Shown here piece after piece: positions 15,629 through 24,550 of a DNA stretch of 32,000 nucleotides. The number at the start of each line of letters is the position of its first letter. Positions within the stretch are counted from its first letter, which is position 1. The position numbers and the translations under genes were made by a program. Location of the stretch: the NCBI GenBank assembly GCA_964565725.1, contig CAZMGA010000004.1, positions 5,954 through 37,953 of the forward strand, given 5' to 3'. Below the pieces are notes generated by a model. It had not been told where the DNA came from. It saw only the letters and a list, made by a program, of their open reading frames with translations, and ran no database searches. This stretch comes from an uncultured archaeon (GTDB lineage: Archaea; Iainarchaeota; Iainarchaeia; Iainarchaeales; 0-14-0-20-30-16).

Positions 15629-16960
15629 ATGTTAGAATATATAGATACTCTTGAATCAAAATTAAAAAATGCGGATTACTATAGAATAAATATTATTGAA
15701 AAAGAAATCCAATCTTCTGAAATTAAAGAAGGGGTTATTGATCAAATTATAGATTCTCAAAATAAAGGTTTAAGTATATTTTATACTTTTGGGAAATCTA
15801 GTTATTTTTACTCTACAAATAATTTAGAAAATGTAAAAAATTTTAATGTAAATAAAGATATTAAAAAAATTAAAAATTTAGATTATGTTCCTAAAGAGTC
15901 TGGAATAACAGATAGTAAAAAAATAGGAACTAAATCTAAAAATAATTTTGAAGATGTAGTAAAAGAATTAAAAGATGTTTCTAAATTAAGTCCAAATATA
16001 AAATCTCATAATATATCTTATAACACAATCAATGAAAAAAGATACACTATTTGTGAAAATACAAATATAAAACAAGAATTTAATTATGGTATTTTATATA
16101 ATCATATCACTGCAAAATCAGGAAATAAAGTAAAAAGTATAACTGATAGGATTTGTAAATCAACTAATTTAGATAATTTTTATAAAACCATTTTAGAAAA
16201 TAATGAAGAAAAAGAAAAGTTAGTAATAAAAAGTTTAAAATATAAAGAAGGTATAAAAGGGGAATTTAAAACAATTTTATATGGCGATATTACTGATTTA
16301 TTATGTCATGAAGCAATAGGTCATTCTTTAGAATCAGATCTCACATATTACAAAGAATCAATATTATGGAATAAATTAAAAGAAAAAATAGGTCCTGAAA
16401 ATATAACTTTATATGATGACCCTAGTCCTAATACAAATTATTTTGGAGTTTTTTATTATGATGATGAGGGCTTTCCTGCAAAGAAAAAAGCGTTAATTAA
16501 AAATGGATATGTAAATGATTTTATTTTGACAGATAAACATTCTCAATTATATGATTTAAAAAATAATGGTGGTGCAAGATGCGAATCATATTTGCATAAA
16601 CCAATTCCTAGAATGTCTAATACTTATTTGAAACAAGGCGATCTAACTTACGAAGAATTAATACAAGAAATGAAGAATGGGGTAATTTTAAGGCAAGGTA
16701 GTGGGGGACAAACAAATCCTATGACTGGAACATATCAGTTTGGTATTGGCTTTATTGATGTTGTAAAAAATTCAGAAATAGTTGAAACTAGAAATAATGT
16801 TTCTTTTAGTGGGAATATTTTTGATGCATTAAATCAAATTGAATTAATTTCTAAAAGTTATGGGGAATATTTTCCTGGATTTTGTGGTAAAAACGGACAA
16901 AAAGTCTTTGTAGGTGGTGGAAGCCCACATGTATTGTTAAAAAAGGTGCGATTTAAATGA
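15629..16960 (+). CDS. tldD: TldD-family metalloprotease
   Basis: 443 aa. 'LCHEAIGHSLESD' (HExxxH), 'GGARCESY..PIPRMSNTYL' and 'GSGGQTNPMTGTYQFG' are typical of TldD. Confidence 0.85.
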   Translation: MLEYIDTLESKLKNADYYRINIIEKEIQSSEIKEGVIDQIIDSQNKGLSIFYTFGKSSYFYSTNNLENVKNFNVNKDIKKIKNLDYVPKESGITDSKKIGTKSKNNFEDVVKELKDVSKLSPNIKSHNISYNTINEKRYTICENTNIKQEFNYGILYNHITAKSGNKVKSITDRICKSTNLDNFYKTILENNEEKEKLVIKSLKYKEGIKGEFKTILYGDITDLLCHEAIGHSLESDLTYYKESILWNKLKEKIGPENITLYDDPSPNTNYFGVFYYDDEGFPAKKKALIKNGYVNDFILTDKHSQLYDLKNNGGARCESYLHKPIPRMSNTYLKQGDLTYEELIQEMKNGVILRQGSGGQTNPMTGTYQFGIGFIDVVKNSEIVETRNNVSFSGNIFDALNQIELISKSYGEYFPGFCGKNGQKVFVGGGSPHVLLKKVRFK

Positions 16961-18165
16961 ATTTTAGATATATACTTTTCGATAATAAACAAATTGAAAT
17001 AAATTCTATAAATTATAAAATCGTATCTATAGATGAAGTAAATAATACAAAAATAAATTTGGATGTAATTCATAATAACAAAAGATATTTTAAAAAAATA
17101 GATTTTGATGATTTTAAAAATAAAGATAAAATAATAAAAAATATGATTAAATTTGGCAAATATAAAGAATTAAAATTTTATGGCAATTTTCCAAAATATA
17201 AATTTGATGATTTAAAACTTGTCAACGAATTAAAGAATTTAAATTTAAATAATCTTTTAAAATATGTTGATGAATTAAATAAGGAAATAAAAACATTAAA
17301 TGATTTAATAAGTTTTAAAGTTTACTTAAATAAAGAATCAATGTTTACAGAATATAATTCAAAAGATGTAGAATATAATTTTGAAAAATCTTTAGTAAGT
17401 ATTATGTGTGATTGCCAATTTAAAGATTTGGAGAATATAAATATTTGTACTTATGATATATTTTCACAAAAAAAAGGAATTAATATAAAAAATATAATCA
17501 GGGATATTAAAAAGAAATATAATTTAAAAAGAAATCAAGTGGAATGTAATACTAATATAAATAATTATAATTTAATGTTTGATCCAGAAGTTTTTGCAGA
17601 TCTTATAGAGTATTATATAATTAACAATTCAGATTTAGAGAATTATATTAAAAAAGATACTTTTTTACAAAATAGTGTTTTTGATTTTAAATTGAATATT
17701 TTAGAAAAACCGTTTATAAAAAATAGTGTTTTTTCTTTAGCTTTAGATTATGATTTTGTTCCTACAAAAGAAAAATATATTATTCAAGATGGGAAGTTAG
17801 TAAATTATATTTGTGATTTGAATACAGCATTTAAATATAATAAAGAGCCATCAGGAAATTTTTTACCTAATTCTATTACAAATATTATTGTAAATAAAGG
17901 AGATAAAAGTTTTAATCAATTAATAAAAAATTCTACAATATTAATAACTGATATAATAGGATTACATACTAGTAATAGAAAAGAAGGTACATTAAATGTA
18001 TCCTGTGAAGGAGTTTTATTTGTAAATGGTAAAAAATCTAAATCCTTTAAGGATATAAAATTAAATGTGAATATTGTAGACTTATTTAAAGATATAGAAT
18101 TATCTAAAGAAACAAAACAAATTAATAACTATAATTTGCCATATGTTTATTGTAAGAGGAAATAA
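16957..18165 (+). CDS. pmbA: PmbA/TldE-like partner of TldD
   Basis: 402 aa. Its start overlaps the tldD stop. The C-terminal 'ITDIIGLHTSNRKEGTLNVSCEGVLFVNGK' matches the TldE/PmbA pattern, and there is no HExxxH. Confidence 0.6.
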   Translation: MNFRYILFDNKQIEINSINYKIVSIDEVNNTKINLDVIHNNKRYFKKIDFDDFKNKDKIIKNMIKFGKYKELKFYGNFPKYKFDDLKLVNELKNLNLNNLLKYVDELNKEIKTLNDLISFKVYLNKESMFTEYNSKDVEYNFEKSLVSIMCDCQFKDLENINICTYDIFSQKKGINIKNIIRDIKKKYNLKRNQVECNTNINNYNLMFDPEVFADLIEYYIINNSDLENYIKKDTFLQNSVFDFKLNILEKPFIKNSVFSLALDYDFVPTKEKYIIQDGKLVNYICDLNTAFKYNKEPSGNFLPNSITNIIVNKGDKSFNQLIKNSTILITDIIGLHTSNRKEGTLNVSCEGVLFVNGKKSKSFKDIKLNVNIVDLFKDIELSKETKQINNYNLPYVYCKRK

Positions 18166-18166
18166 T

Positions 18167-18610
18167 ATGCTACCTATAGAACACATTTTTTTAGGATTTA
18201 TTCCTACATTTTTTTTTATTTCTGAATATAATATTTATTTCGCAATTTTGTTTTATTTTTCAACAATATTTATAGATTTTGATCATTATATTTATGCTTT
18301 GCTAATTACAAAATTTAAAACAATAGATATTTTTAAAGCCTATGATTTTTTTATTGAATTTAAAACCAAATCTACAATTATTAATCCTTTATTTATTTTT
18401 CATACTATTGAATTTATGAGTGTATTTTTAGTATTGGGTTTATATTTCCATAATATGTATTTTATAGCTGTATTTTATGGTTTGATATTTCATTTATTTT
18501 TGGATTTTTTAGATGTTATTATATCAAAAATAAAGAAACAAAATATTCATTATAAGAAGATATCTATAATTTATTACTTAATTAAATATAAACTTTTAAA
18601 AAACAAATAA
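18167..18610 (+). CDS. Small polytopic membrane protein, possibly a YdjM-like membrane-bound metal-dependent hydrolase
   Basis: I chose the ATG at 18167, directly after the pmbA stop (the track ORF begins at 18143). His/Asp-containing motifs sit at TM ends: 'IEH', 'IDFDHY', 'FHTIEF', 'FHLFLDFLD'. Confidence 0.35.
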   Translation: MLPIEHIFLGFIPTFFFISEYNIYFAILFYFSTIFIDFDHYIYALLITKFKTIDIFKAYDFFIEFKTKSTIINPLFIFHTIEFMSVFLVLGLYFHNMYFIAVFYGLIFHLFLDFLDVIISKIKKQNIHYKKISIIYYLIKYKLLKNK

Positions 18611-18627
18611 AAAAAAAGAAAATAAGT

Positions 18628-19032
18628 TTATTTTCTTCTTTCTTCTTTTTGGTTTATAATTGTATTCCAATTATTTCCTATATTATATACAAATAATGCA
18701 AATAACATTATAATGATATAAAATAAAACCCACATGAATGGTTTAAATGCCACAACTATGTTTAAATAAGGATCACTGTTATAATTGTAAGGATATAAGG
18801 ATTGCCCTGTAGAATCATAAAAGTAAGTTGCACAAATTTTTGATTCGTCAAAATTAGTTGCTTTTTCATAACACTTATCTATGTTTAATAATACATCCCA
18901 TTGATGGAATAAATTTGCAAAACTTATTATAAATCCAAATAAGCCTAGAAAAAAAATGAATGTGCTTATTAAATTTAGTACATTAAATTTATGTTTACCA
19001 TTGTTAATATAAACTATTTTATGTAAAGCCAT
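18628..19032 (-). CDS. Hypothetical membrane protein (two TM segments with a Cys-containing loop)
   Basis: 134-aa ORF with TM segments 'LISTFIFFLGLFGFIISF' and 'MWVLFYIIIMLFALFV'. No family was recognised. Confidence 0.4.
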   Translation of the reverse strand: MALHKIVYINNGKHKFNVLNLISTFIFFLGLFGFIISFANLFHQWDVLLNIDKCYEKATNFDESKICATYFYDSTGQSLYPYNYNSDPYLNIVVAFKPFMWVLFYIIIMLFALFVYNIGNNWNTIINQKEERRK

Positions 19033-19119
19033 AATCTCACCAATAAGATAAATTACTTATAATATATAAATGTTTTTATTGTTAAATAATAATATGAGGG
19101 CTAGAAAAGTTGAAAAATA

Positions 19120-19539
19120 ATGAGTATAATTAAAAAAAAGAAAACTGCCCAATTGTTTGTAGATGAAGCTGTAGCTAGAATTAGAAAAAAGCCAAAGGAT
19201 TTATTTGAAAGTTTAGAATTAAAATCAGAAACTCCTTTAGGGGATTTTGGGTTTTATTTGCCAAATGGTAAGAGAATAATGAATTTTAAAATAGATATTA
19301 GAAATTCTATTTTGTTTATATCTGAATTTAAAATTGAAAATTGGGTTGGGGAATCTTCTTTTAGTAAAATTGGTTTGGGAAGTTATATGATGAACTATAT
19401 AATTAATTTAGCCAAGGCCAAAAATTTGAAAAAAATAAGTTTAGATAGTGTTCTTTCTGCAGTTGATTTTTATAAAAAATTTGGATTCAAAATTGTTAAG
19501 TTAAATGATAAGTTAGTTAAAATGGAATTAAGTTTATAG
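19120..19539 (+). CDS. GNAT-family N-acetyltransferase-like protein
   Basis: 139 aa. 'KIGLGSYMMNYIINLAKAKNLKKISLDSV..AVDFYKKFGFKIV' resembles GNAT motif A/B (xxGxG plus a C-terminal FYxKxGF). Confidence 0.5.
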   Translation: MSIIKKKKTAQLFVDEAVARIRKKPKDLFESLELKSETPLGDFGFYLPNGKRIMNFKIDIRNSILFISEFKIENWVGESSFSKIGLGSYMMNYIINLAKAKNLKKISLDSVLSAVDFYKKFGFKIVKLNDKLVKMELSL

Positions 19540-19542
19540 ATT

Positions 19543-20082
19543 TTAATTTTCTATTTGATTCTTTAAAACTCTTCCTTTAGGGATTTGATTTTTAATTTTA
19601 TTTTGAGATAATAAGCCAACACCTAAAACATCTTTTTTGTATTTTAAAATAACATAATTATTTTTATACTCTTTTTCTTGAGTTTTATCTAAATCATATC
19701 CATGAATATATTGATTATATTCTTTTTCATTTAATTCGTAAATATTTTCTTTAATGTTATTATTTAAATAAATTGCAAAATTACTTGTTATTTTTGGGAC
19801 TTCTAAATAATTTCTTAATGCTCTAAAACCTATAGAATTAATTGTTATACCTTTATTTGAAAAAGGTATAAAATTTTTAGTTTTTTTATTTGTAATCCAA
19901 ACATCATTTCCTTTTTTTAAAAAATTATAACTTTCCAAAAAATTTATTTCTATACCATATATTTCATTTAAAAAACTATAAATTCTTTTAATATCTATTT
20001 TTTCTAGTTCTTCATATTCAGATATTATTTTTTTGTCATCTTGCATACGAAAAAACCTTCTATCTTTGCCTTTTGTGGCCAT
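19543..20082 (-). CDS. RsmF-type C-terminal (PUA-like) domain ORF, in the -1 frame relative to the upstream methyltransferase ORF
   Basis: 179 aa. The end 'YVILKYKKDVLGVGLLSQNKIKNQIPKG' resembles the PUA-like tail of RsmF-type m5C methyltransferases (..lG.gK....lKN.yPKg). It overlaps the methyltransferase ORF by 58 nt. Confidence 0.5.
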   Translation of the reverse strand: MATKGKDRRFFRMQDDKKIISEYEELEKIDIKRIYSFLNEIYGIEINFLESYNFLKKGNDVWITNKKTKNFIPFSNKGITINSIGFRALRNYLEVPKITSNFAIYLNNNIKENIYELNEKEYNQYIHGYDLDKTQEKEYKNNYVILKYKKDVLGVGLLSQNKIKNQIPKGRVLKNQIEN

Positions 20083-20984
20083 ATTCTCACACTCTTTTTA
20101 ACTTCTGAATTATATTCTATATTATTATAATTAGTTATTCCATTAGATGTATTTAAACCTTCAAATTTTAAATTTTCTACCTTTAAATCATATTTTTCTA
20201 AAGCGTAATTAATGATTTCTTCATTTTCTTCTGGAGATAACGTACAAGTAGAATAAATTAATGTTCCATTTGGTTTTAATGCAGTATATGCTGAATCAAA
20301 TAATTGTTTTTGTAAAATAGATAATTGTGAAACTTTATTTTGAGACCAAGCATACCTTGACTTAATTTCTTTTTGAAATGTACCTTCACTTGAACATGGC
20401 GCATCCAATAATACTTTGTCAAAAATTTCTGGAAAATTTTTAAATTTTCTACCATCATTTCTTGTAATTATGCAATTCAAACAACCAGATCTATCTAAAT
20501 TTTCTTGCAATGATTTAATTCTTTGTATTAATGGTTCATTAGCAACAATTAAACCTGTATTATCTAAATGCATCGCAATTTCTGAAGTTTTTGATCCTGG
20601 TGCAGCACACATATCTAAAATATACTCTTCTTTTTGTGGATTTAAAGCAATTACTGGCAACATAGATGATGTTTCTTGAACATATATTTTGCCTAAAAAA
20701 TGTTCTAAAGTATTTCCTATTCTTATGTTTTCATTTTTAGATATAAAATAACCATATTTATACCAAGGCATTTGTTCCAAAATAAAACCTTGTTCTTTTA
20801 AACAGCCTACTATGTTTTCTGGTTTGTCTTTTAAAATATTTATTCTAATGCTTTTTTTTAGCGGACTGTCTAGTGTTTTTAATAACTCTTCTAATTCTTC
20901 ATTATTTAACAATTTAGACATTTTATCTACAAAATCTTTAGGAAAAAACATAAAATCACAGAATACATTTATAAACTTTTTCAA
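20025..20984 (-). CDS. NOL1/NOP2/Sun-family RNA m5C methyltransferase (RsmF/Trm4-like catalytic part)
   Basis: 319 aa. SAM motif 'DMCAAPGSKTS', catalytic Cys motifs 'LLDAPCSSEGT' and 'YSTCTLSPEENE', and the family-typical end 'IWPQKAKIEGFFVCKMTKK'. Confidence 0.85.
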   Translation of the reverse strand: MKKFINVFCDFMFFPKDFVDKMSKLLNNEELEELLKTLDSPLKKSIRINILKDKPENIVGCLKEQGFILEQMPWYKYGYFISKNENIRIGNTLEHFLGKIYVQETSSMLPVIALNPQKEEYILDMCAAPGSKTSEIAMHLDNTGLIVANEPLIQRIKSLQENLDRSGCLNCIITRNDGRKFKNFPEIFDKVLLDAPCSSEGTFQKEIKSRYAWSQNKVSQLSILQKQLFDSAYTALKPNGTLIYSTCTLSPEENEEIINYALEKYDLKVENLKFEGLNTSNGITNYNNIEYNSEVKKSVRIWPQKAKIEGFFVCKMTKK

Positions 20985-21055
20985 ATAAATAATATTTCAG
21001 TTATAATAATTATAACAATACTTGTTTTTAAAGTATTACCTTTTTAGACCTTTGT

Positions 21056-21129
21056 GGTCCCTTAGCTCAGTCTGGTAGAGCAACGGGCTTTTAACCCGTG
21101 TGTCGTGGGTTCGAATCCCACAGGGATCA
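21056..21129 (+). tRNA. tRNA-Lys (anticodon UUU), no encoded CCA
   Basis: Cloverleaf folded by hand. Acceptor GGTCCCT/AGGGATC (one G-U pair), D stem GCTC/GAGC, anticodon stem ACGGG/CCCGT with loop CTTTTAA, T arm GTGGG-TTCGAAT-CCCAC, discriminator A. It is a GC-rich island in AT-rich DNA. Confidence 0.9.
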
Positions 21130-21207
21130 TATTTTTAAATAAAATCTTATTTTATATTTTCTATTTTAATCCGTTTAATATATATATTTTTTGTTTTTAT
21201 TCTTATA

Positions 21208-22326
21208 ATGACTTACAATATTTTATTTGGAATTTGTTCTTTAGGTACTGGACATGTAGCTAGAATATTGCCTTTAATTAAAGAATATTTAAAACAAGGA
21301 AACAATATTTATGTGTTATCTGAAAAGAACGTTATTGAGTTTTTAAAAAATGATTTGGCACAAGAATTTCCAAAAAACAAAAATTATTTTTTGTTTGAGA
21401 AAGAAAAAGTTTATCCTAAATTTGAACGTGGAAAAAATATGTTAACCTATAAATTAAATTTAATTATAGATGGATTAAAAATGCCACATAGAATAAAATC
21501 TGAAAATAAAATTGTAGAAGAATTTGTTAAAAAATATAACATAGATTTTACTATTGGTGATGGGGATTATTCTATGTACTCTAAACAAGTTCCTAGTTTT
21601 ATGTTTATTCATCAAATTGAGTTTATGTTTAGAGGATTATTTTATATTGCTAGAAAAATATCTAGTTATTTTAATTTAAGTATATTCAAAAAATATACTC
21701 AAGTTTTTGTTTATGATATAAACGGAGAAAATAGTTTATCTGGAAAATTAGCACATAATTGGTTTGCAAAGAAAGCAAATGTGAAATATATAGGTATAAC
21801 AAGTCATTACAAAAAAATAGCTGTAGAAAAAGATATAGACTATTTAGTAATAATTAGTGGTTATTTAGCAGAACATAAAGTAGATTTTTATAATAAATTA
21901 ATAAAAATATTAGAAAAAAAACCAGGTAAAAAAATATTTATTATGGGAGATTACGTTAATGATTATCATAAAAAATTAAAAGGTAATATAGAAGTATATT
22001 CTTCATACAAAGGTTTAGATAAACATAAAATATTTAATAGAGCAAAAATGATTGTTTCTAGAACAGGATATACTACATTAATGGATTTGATTGAATTTGA
22101 AAAACCAGCAGTTTTAATACCTACTCCACATCAAAGCGAACAAGAATATCTTGCTCAATATCATAAAAATAAAGGTTATTTTAATATAGTTGATTCACAA
22201 AAAAAATTATCTGAAAAAACATTCATAATAAATAAACACAATACAAGAAAACTATATAAAAATAATTTTGGTAAAAGTGAAAATAATATAAGAGATGTAA
22301 TAAAATCAATTTCTAAACATTTATAA
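21208..22326 (+). CDS. GT-B fold glycosyltransferase (MurG/UDP-glycosyltransferase-like)
   Basis: 372 aa. N-terminal 'ILFGICSLGTGHVARILPL' (G-x-G-H loop) and C-terminal 'VSRTGYTTLMDLIEFEKPAVLIPTPHQSEQEYLA', typical of the GT28/GT1 C-terminal domain. Confidence 0.65.
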   Translation: MTYNILFGICSLGTGHVARILPLIKEYLKQGNNIYVLSEKNVIEFLKNDLAQEFPKNKNYFLFEKEKVYPKFERGKNMLTYKLNLIIDGLKMPHRIKSENKIVEEFVKKYNIDFTIGDGDYSMYSKQVPSFMFIHQIEFMFRGLFYIARKISSYFNLSIFKKYTQVFVYDINGENSLSGKLAHNWFAKKANVKYIGITSHYKKIAVEKDIDYLVIISGYLAEHKVDFYNKLIKILEKKPGKKIFIMGDYVNDYHKKLKGNIEVYSSYKGLDKHKIFNRAKMIVSRTGYTTLMDLIEFEKPAVLIPTPHQSEQEYLAQYHKNKGYFNIVDSQKKLSEKTFIINKHNTRKLYKNNFGKSENNIRDVIKSISKHL

Positions 22327-22992
22327 ATCTGAAATGGTTTTAATCTCTATGTTATCGTAAGGCTTTTTTTGTTTTAAACTTATTTTATTTTCATTATTTA
22401 AAAGAAGTAAACTTATTATTAATGAATTAGTAGTTTTAATATTATTTTTTAATTCAAAATATGTTGTTTCTTTTTTATTTTGTAAAAAATCATAAATTCT
22501 TGTTTTTAATTTAAAATAACTTTCAATTTTTATTAAATAGTCAAAATTTTTTTTTCTTTTTTCTTTGCCTTTGTTATCTACCCTATAAAACATATTTTTT
22601 AATTTTTTTTCTAATTCTAAAAGTTCATTATATTTTGCAATTAATTCTTCATTTTCAGGTAAATTTTCTAAAGGATTTTCATTTAAGTTTTGAATTTCAT
22701 TTAATTCTTCTTTTATATTTTGTTCTAATTCTCTTAAACCAATTCTTCTTGCTTTACTTTTTAATAATATTGTACAAATTAAAACAATTAATGATGCATG
22801 TTTTAAATTTTCTTTGTCATATGCATCTTGAATAAGTTTATCTAATAATTCGGAAACATTTAAATCCCAGATATTCATGCCATATTTTCTTATTAAATTG
22901 TGTAAAGTATTTTGCCAGGTATTTTTTTCAATTAATTCAAAAAATTCATTTAGTGTTTTTTGGTTTATATCTTCTTTAATCATAATCATCAA
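22321..22992 (-). CDS. scpA: ScpA-like kleisin (segregation and condensation protein A)
   Basis: 223 aa. N-terminal 'MNIWDLNVSELLDKLI...ASLIVLICTILLKSKARRIGL' and C-terminal winged-helix-like 'SLIISLLLLNNENKISLKQKKPYDNIEI' resemble archaeal ScpA patterns (dPWdidi.., ..FLAlLeL...g.i.l.Q...f..I.i). Confidence 0.5.
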   Translation of the reverse strand: MMIMIKEDINQKTLNEFFELIEKNTWQNTLHNLIRKYGMNIWDLNVSELLDKLIQDAYDKENLKHASLIVLICTILLKSKARRIGLRELEQNIKEELNEIQNLNENPLENLPENEELIAKYNELLELEKKLKNMFYRVDNKGKEKRKKNFDYLIKIESYFKLKTRIYDFLQNKKETTYFELKNNIKTTNSLIISLLLLNNENKISLKQKKPYDNIEIKTISDL

Positions 22993-23057
22993 GTAATAAT
23001 ATATCTAAAAATATATAAATTGTTTTTTGGAATACGTTTATTTCCAAAATTTAGTTA

Positions 23058-23130
23058 TGAAGCCACTGGGACTCGAACCCAGATAAACGGGGCCGAAACC
23101 CGTTAGGTTATCCGATTACCTCATAGCTCC
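23058..23130 (-). tRNA. tRNA-Arg (anticodon UCG), no encoded CCA
   Basis: Minus-strand cloverleaf folded by hand. Acceptor GGAGCTA/TGGCTTC (two G-U pairs), D stem AGGT/ACCT, anticodon stem ACGGG/CCCGT with loop TTTCGGC, T arm CTGGG-TTCGAGT-CCCAG, discriminator A. Confidence 0.85.
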
Positions 23131-23254
23131 ATAAATATATTATGCCTAAATCTTTATAATCTTATAATTGGTTAAATGCTTCGAAACATATAAAAAGGTA
23201 GCGTGTCAATAATATATATTACTTATTTTAAGTTATATAATAAAGGTGATTTTA

Positions 23255-23404
23255 ATGGCTATTTGTGTGAGCTGTAAAAAAGACGTAGATAAATATGTTA
23301 AATTTAAATGCCCAGAATGTGGTGCAGAAATAGTAAGATGTTCTAAATGTAGACTTTTAGAAATAGATTATAAATGCCCTAAATGTGGTTTTAAAGGTAT
23401 ATAG
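23255..23404 (+). CDS. Small four-CxxC zinc-ribbon protein (the type found upstream of aEF-1beta in many archaea)
   Basis: Not in the supplied ORF track. My translation is [49 protein letters not shown] (49 aa). An SD 'aaaggtga' lies 5-6 nt upstream. The gene sits directly upstream of aEF-1beta. Confidence 0.7.
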   Translation: MAICVSCKKDVDKYVKFKCPECGAEIVRCSKCRLLEIDYKCPKCGFKGI

Positions 23405-23413
23405 GTGTTTTAA

Positions 23414-23674
23414 ATGGGAGATATATTATTAGTTTATGAAGTAACTTTAGAAGATCAAGAATTAATTGATAAAGTAGAAGAAGCAATAAAAAAAATAACT
23501 GTTGGACAATTACAAGAAGTTAAAAGAGCGCCATTTGTTTTTGGAACTGAATTATTAAGGGTTGCAATTATTGTGCCTGATAAAACAGATGGAATTTCTG
23601 ATGCTGTTGAAACATTTTTAAATAGCATTGAAGGTGTGTCTTCTATAAATAATGTTGCAACAACTTTAATTTAG
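23414..23674 (+). CDS. ef1b: Translation elongation factor aEF-1beta
   Basis: 86 aa. 'MGDILLVYEV..', 'APFVFGTELLRVAIIVPD' and 'NSIEGVSSI' align well with archaeal EF-1beta (MGDV..., AFGL..., GIEGVS). Confidence 0.85.
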   Translation: MGDILLVYEVTLEDQELIDKVEEAIKKITVGQLQEVKRAPFVFGTELLRVAIIVPDKTDGISDAVETFLNSIEGVSSINNVATTLI

Positions 23675-23682
23675 GTGAATAT

Positions 23683-24270
23683 ATGGTATTTATTGGAGAT
23701 ATAATAGCAAGAGAAGAAGAATACATAGGTGGTAGAGGTACTTATGTTGATGACGAAGGAAATATACGCGCAACAGTAATAGGCAAAGTAAATAAAAATG
23801 ATGAAAAAAAAATAATATCTGTTAGAGGAAAAATGAATTTAGCAAGAAAAGGAGATTATGCTTTTGGTTTTGTAAGTGATGTTAAAGATAAAGTAATAAT
23901 GATAAAAATTCAAGAAATTAAAGATCCAAAAAATAATTCTAAAGCTATGTTAAAAAATTCAGGAATTATATTTATTCAAAATTTAAGTAATGGTTTTTTA
24001 GACAACCCTAAACAAGCAATTAAAATTGGAGATTTAATAAGAGCACAAGTAATTGATGAAGATGCAACCGCATATATTTTGAGTTTAAAAGAACCAAATT
24101 GTGGAGTATTTTTAGCAAAATGTTCTTCTTGTAGATCTGATTTAAAATTTAAAGCAAAAGATAAAAATAGTAAAGATTTGGCATTGATGGTTTGTCCGAA
24201 ATGTAATAATTTAGAAACTAGAAGAATTACTAGAGATTATGTTTATGGGAGTGATTTAAATGAAAATTAA
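23683..24270 (+). CDS. csl4: Exosome RNA-binding subunit Csl4
   Basis: 195 aa. N-terminal 'GGRGTYVDDEGNIRATVIGKV', a central S1-like segment 'GDYAFGFVSDVKDKVIMIKI', and a C-terminal Zn-ribbon 'CSSCRSDL...CPKCNN'. Confidence 0.8.
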   Translation: MVFIGDIIAREEEYIGGRGTYVDDEGNIRATVIGKVNKNDEKKIISVRGKMNLARKGDYAFGFVSDVKDKVIMIKIQEIKDPKNNSKAMLKNSGIIFIQNLSNGFLDNPKQAIKIGDLIRAQVIDEDATAYILSLKEPNCGVFLAKCSSCRSDLKFKAKDKNSKDLALMVCPKCNNLETRRITRDYVYGSDLNEN

Positions 24271-24550
24271 ATTTATTGAAGAAACTTCTGAAAAATTAAA
24301 ATTTGAATTATTAGATTCAAAATATACTATACCAGAAATGTTAAAAAATCAATTATTAACACATAAAGAAGTAATTATGGCTTCAGGATTATTAGAACAT
24401 CCAGAAGATAATAAATGTATTTTTGTATTAACTGTAAAGAAAGGATCAAATCCAAGAGAAATTTTAATTAAAACAATAGAAGAATTACAAAAAGAAGTTT
24501 TAGATTTTAAAAATCAAATGATTAAAGAATTACCAAAAGATAAAAAATAA
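24260..24550 (+). CDS. rpoL: DNA-directed RNA polymerase subunit L (Rpo11)
   Basis: 96 aa. 'MKIKFIEETSEKLKFELLDSKYTIPEMLKNQLL.HKEVIMASGLLEHPE' aligns with the Rpo11 pattern (..l.f.l.gEDHT..NlL...L.....V.fa.Y...HP). The csl4-rpoL adjacency is conserved in archaea. Confidence 0.75.
   Translation: MKIKFIEETSEKLKFELLDSKYTIPEMLKNQLLTHKEVIMASGLLEHPEDNKCIFVLTVKKGSNPREILIKTIEELQKEVLDFKNQMIKELPKDKK

Noticed and set aside
21017-21037. AATACTT-N7-AAGTATT inverted repeat and nearby near-palindrome GTTATAATAATTATAAC upstream of tRNA-Lys
   Set aside because: These are short, entirely A/T-dominated stems that would be weak and are expected by chance at this composition. The region is more simply read as the tRNA promoter (TTTTTAAAG about 25-30 nt upstream of the tRNA 5' end).
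21056-23130. Two tRNA genes flanking a glycosyltransferase and the ScpA-like gene, considered as a possible integrated element
   Set aside because: There is no integrase or recombinase, no duplicated tRNA 3' segment (att-like direct repeat), and no compositional change. One of the enclosed genes is a chromosome-maintenance gene.
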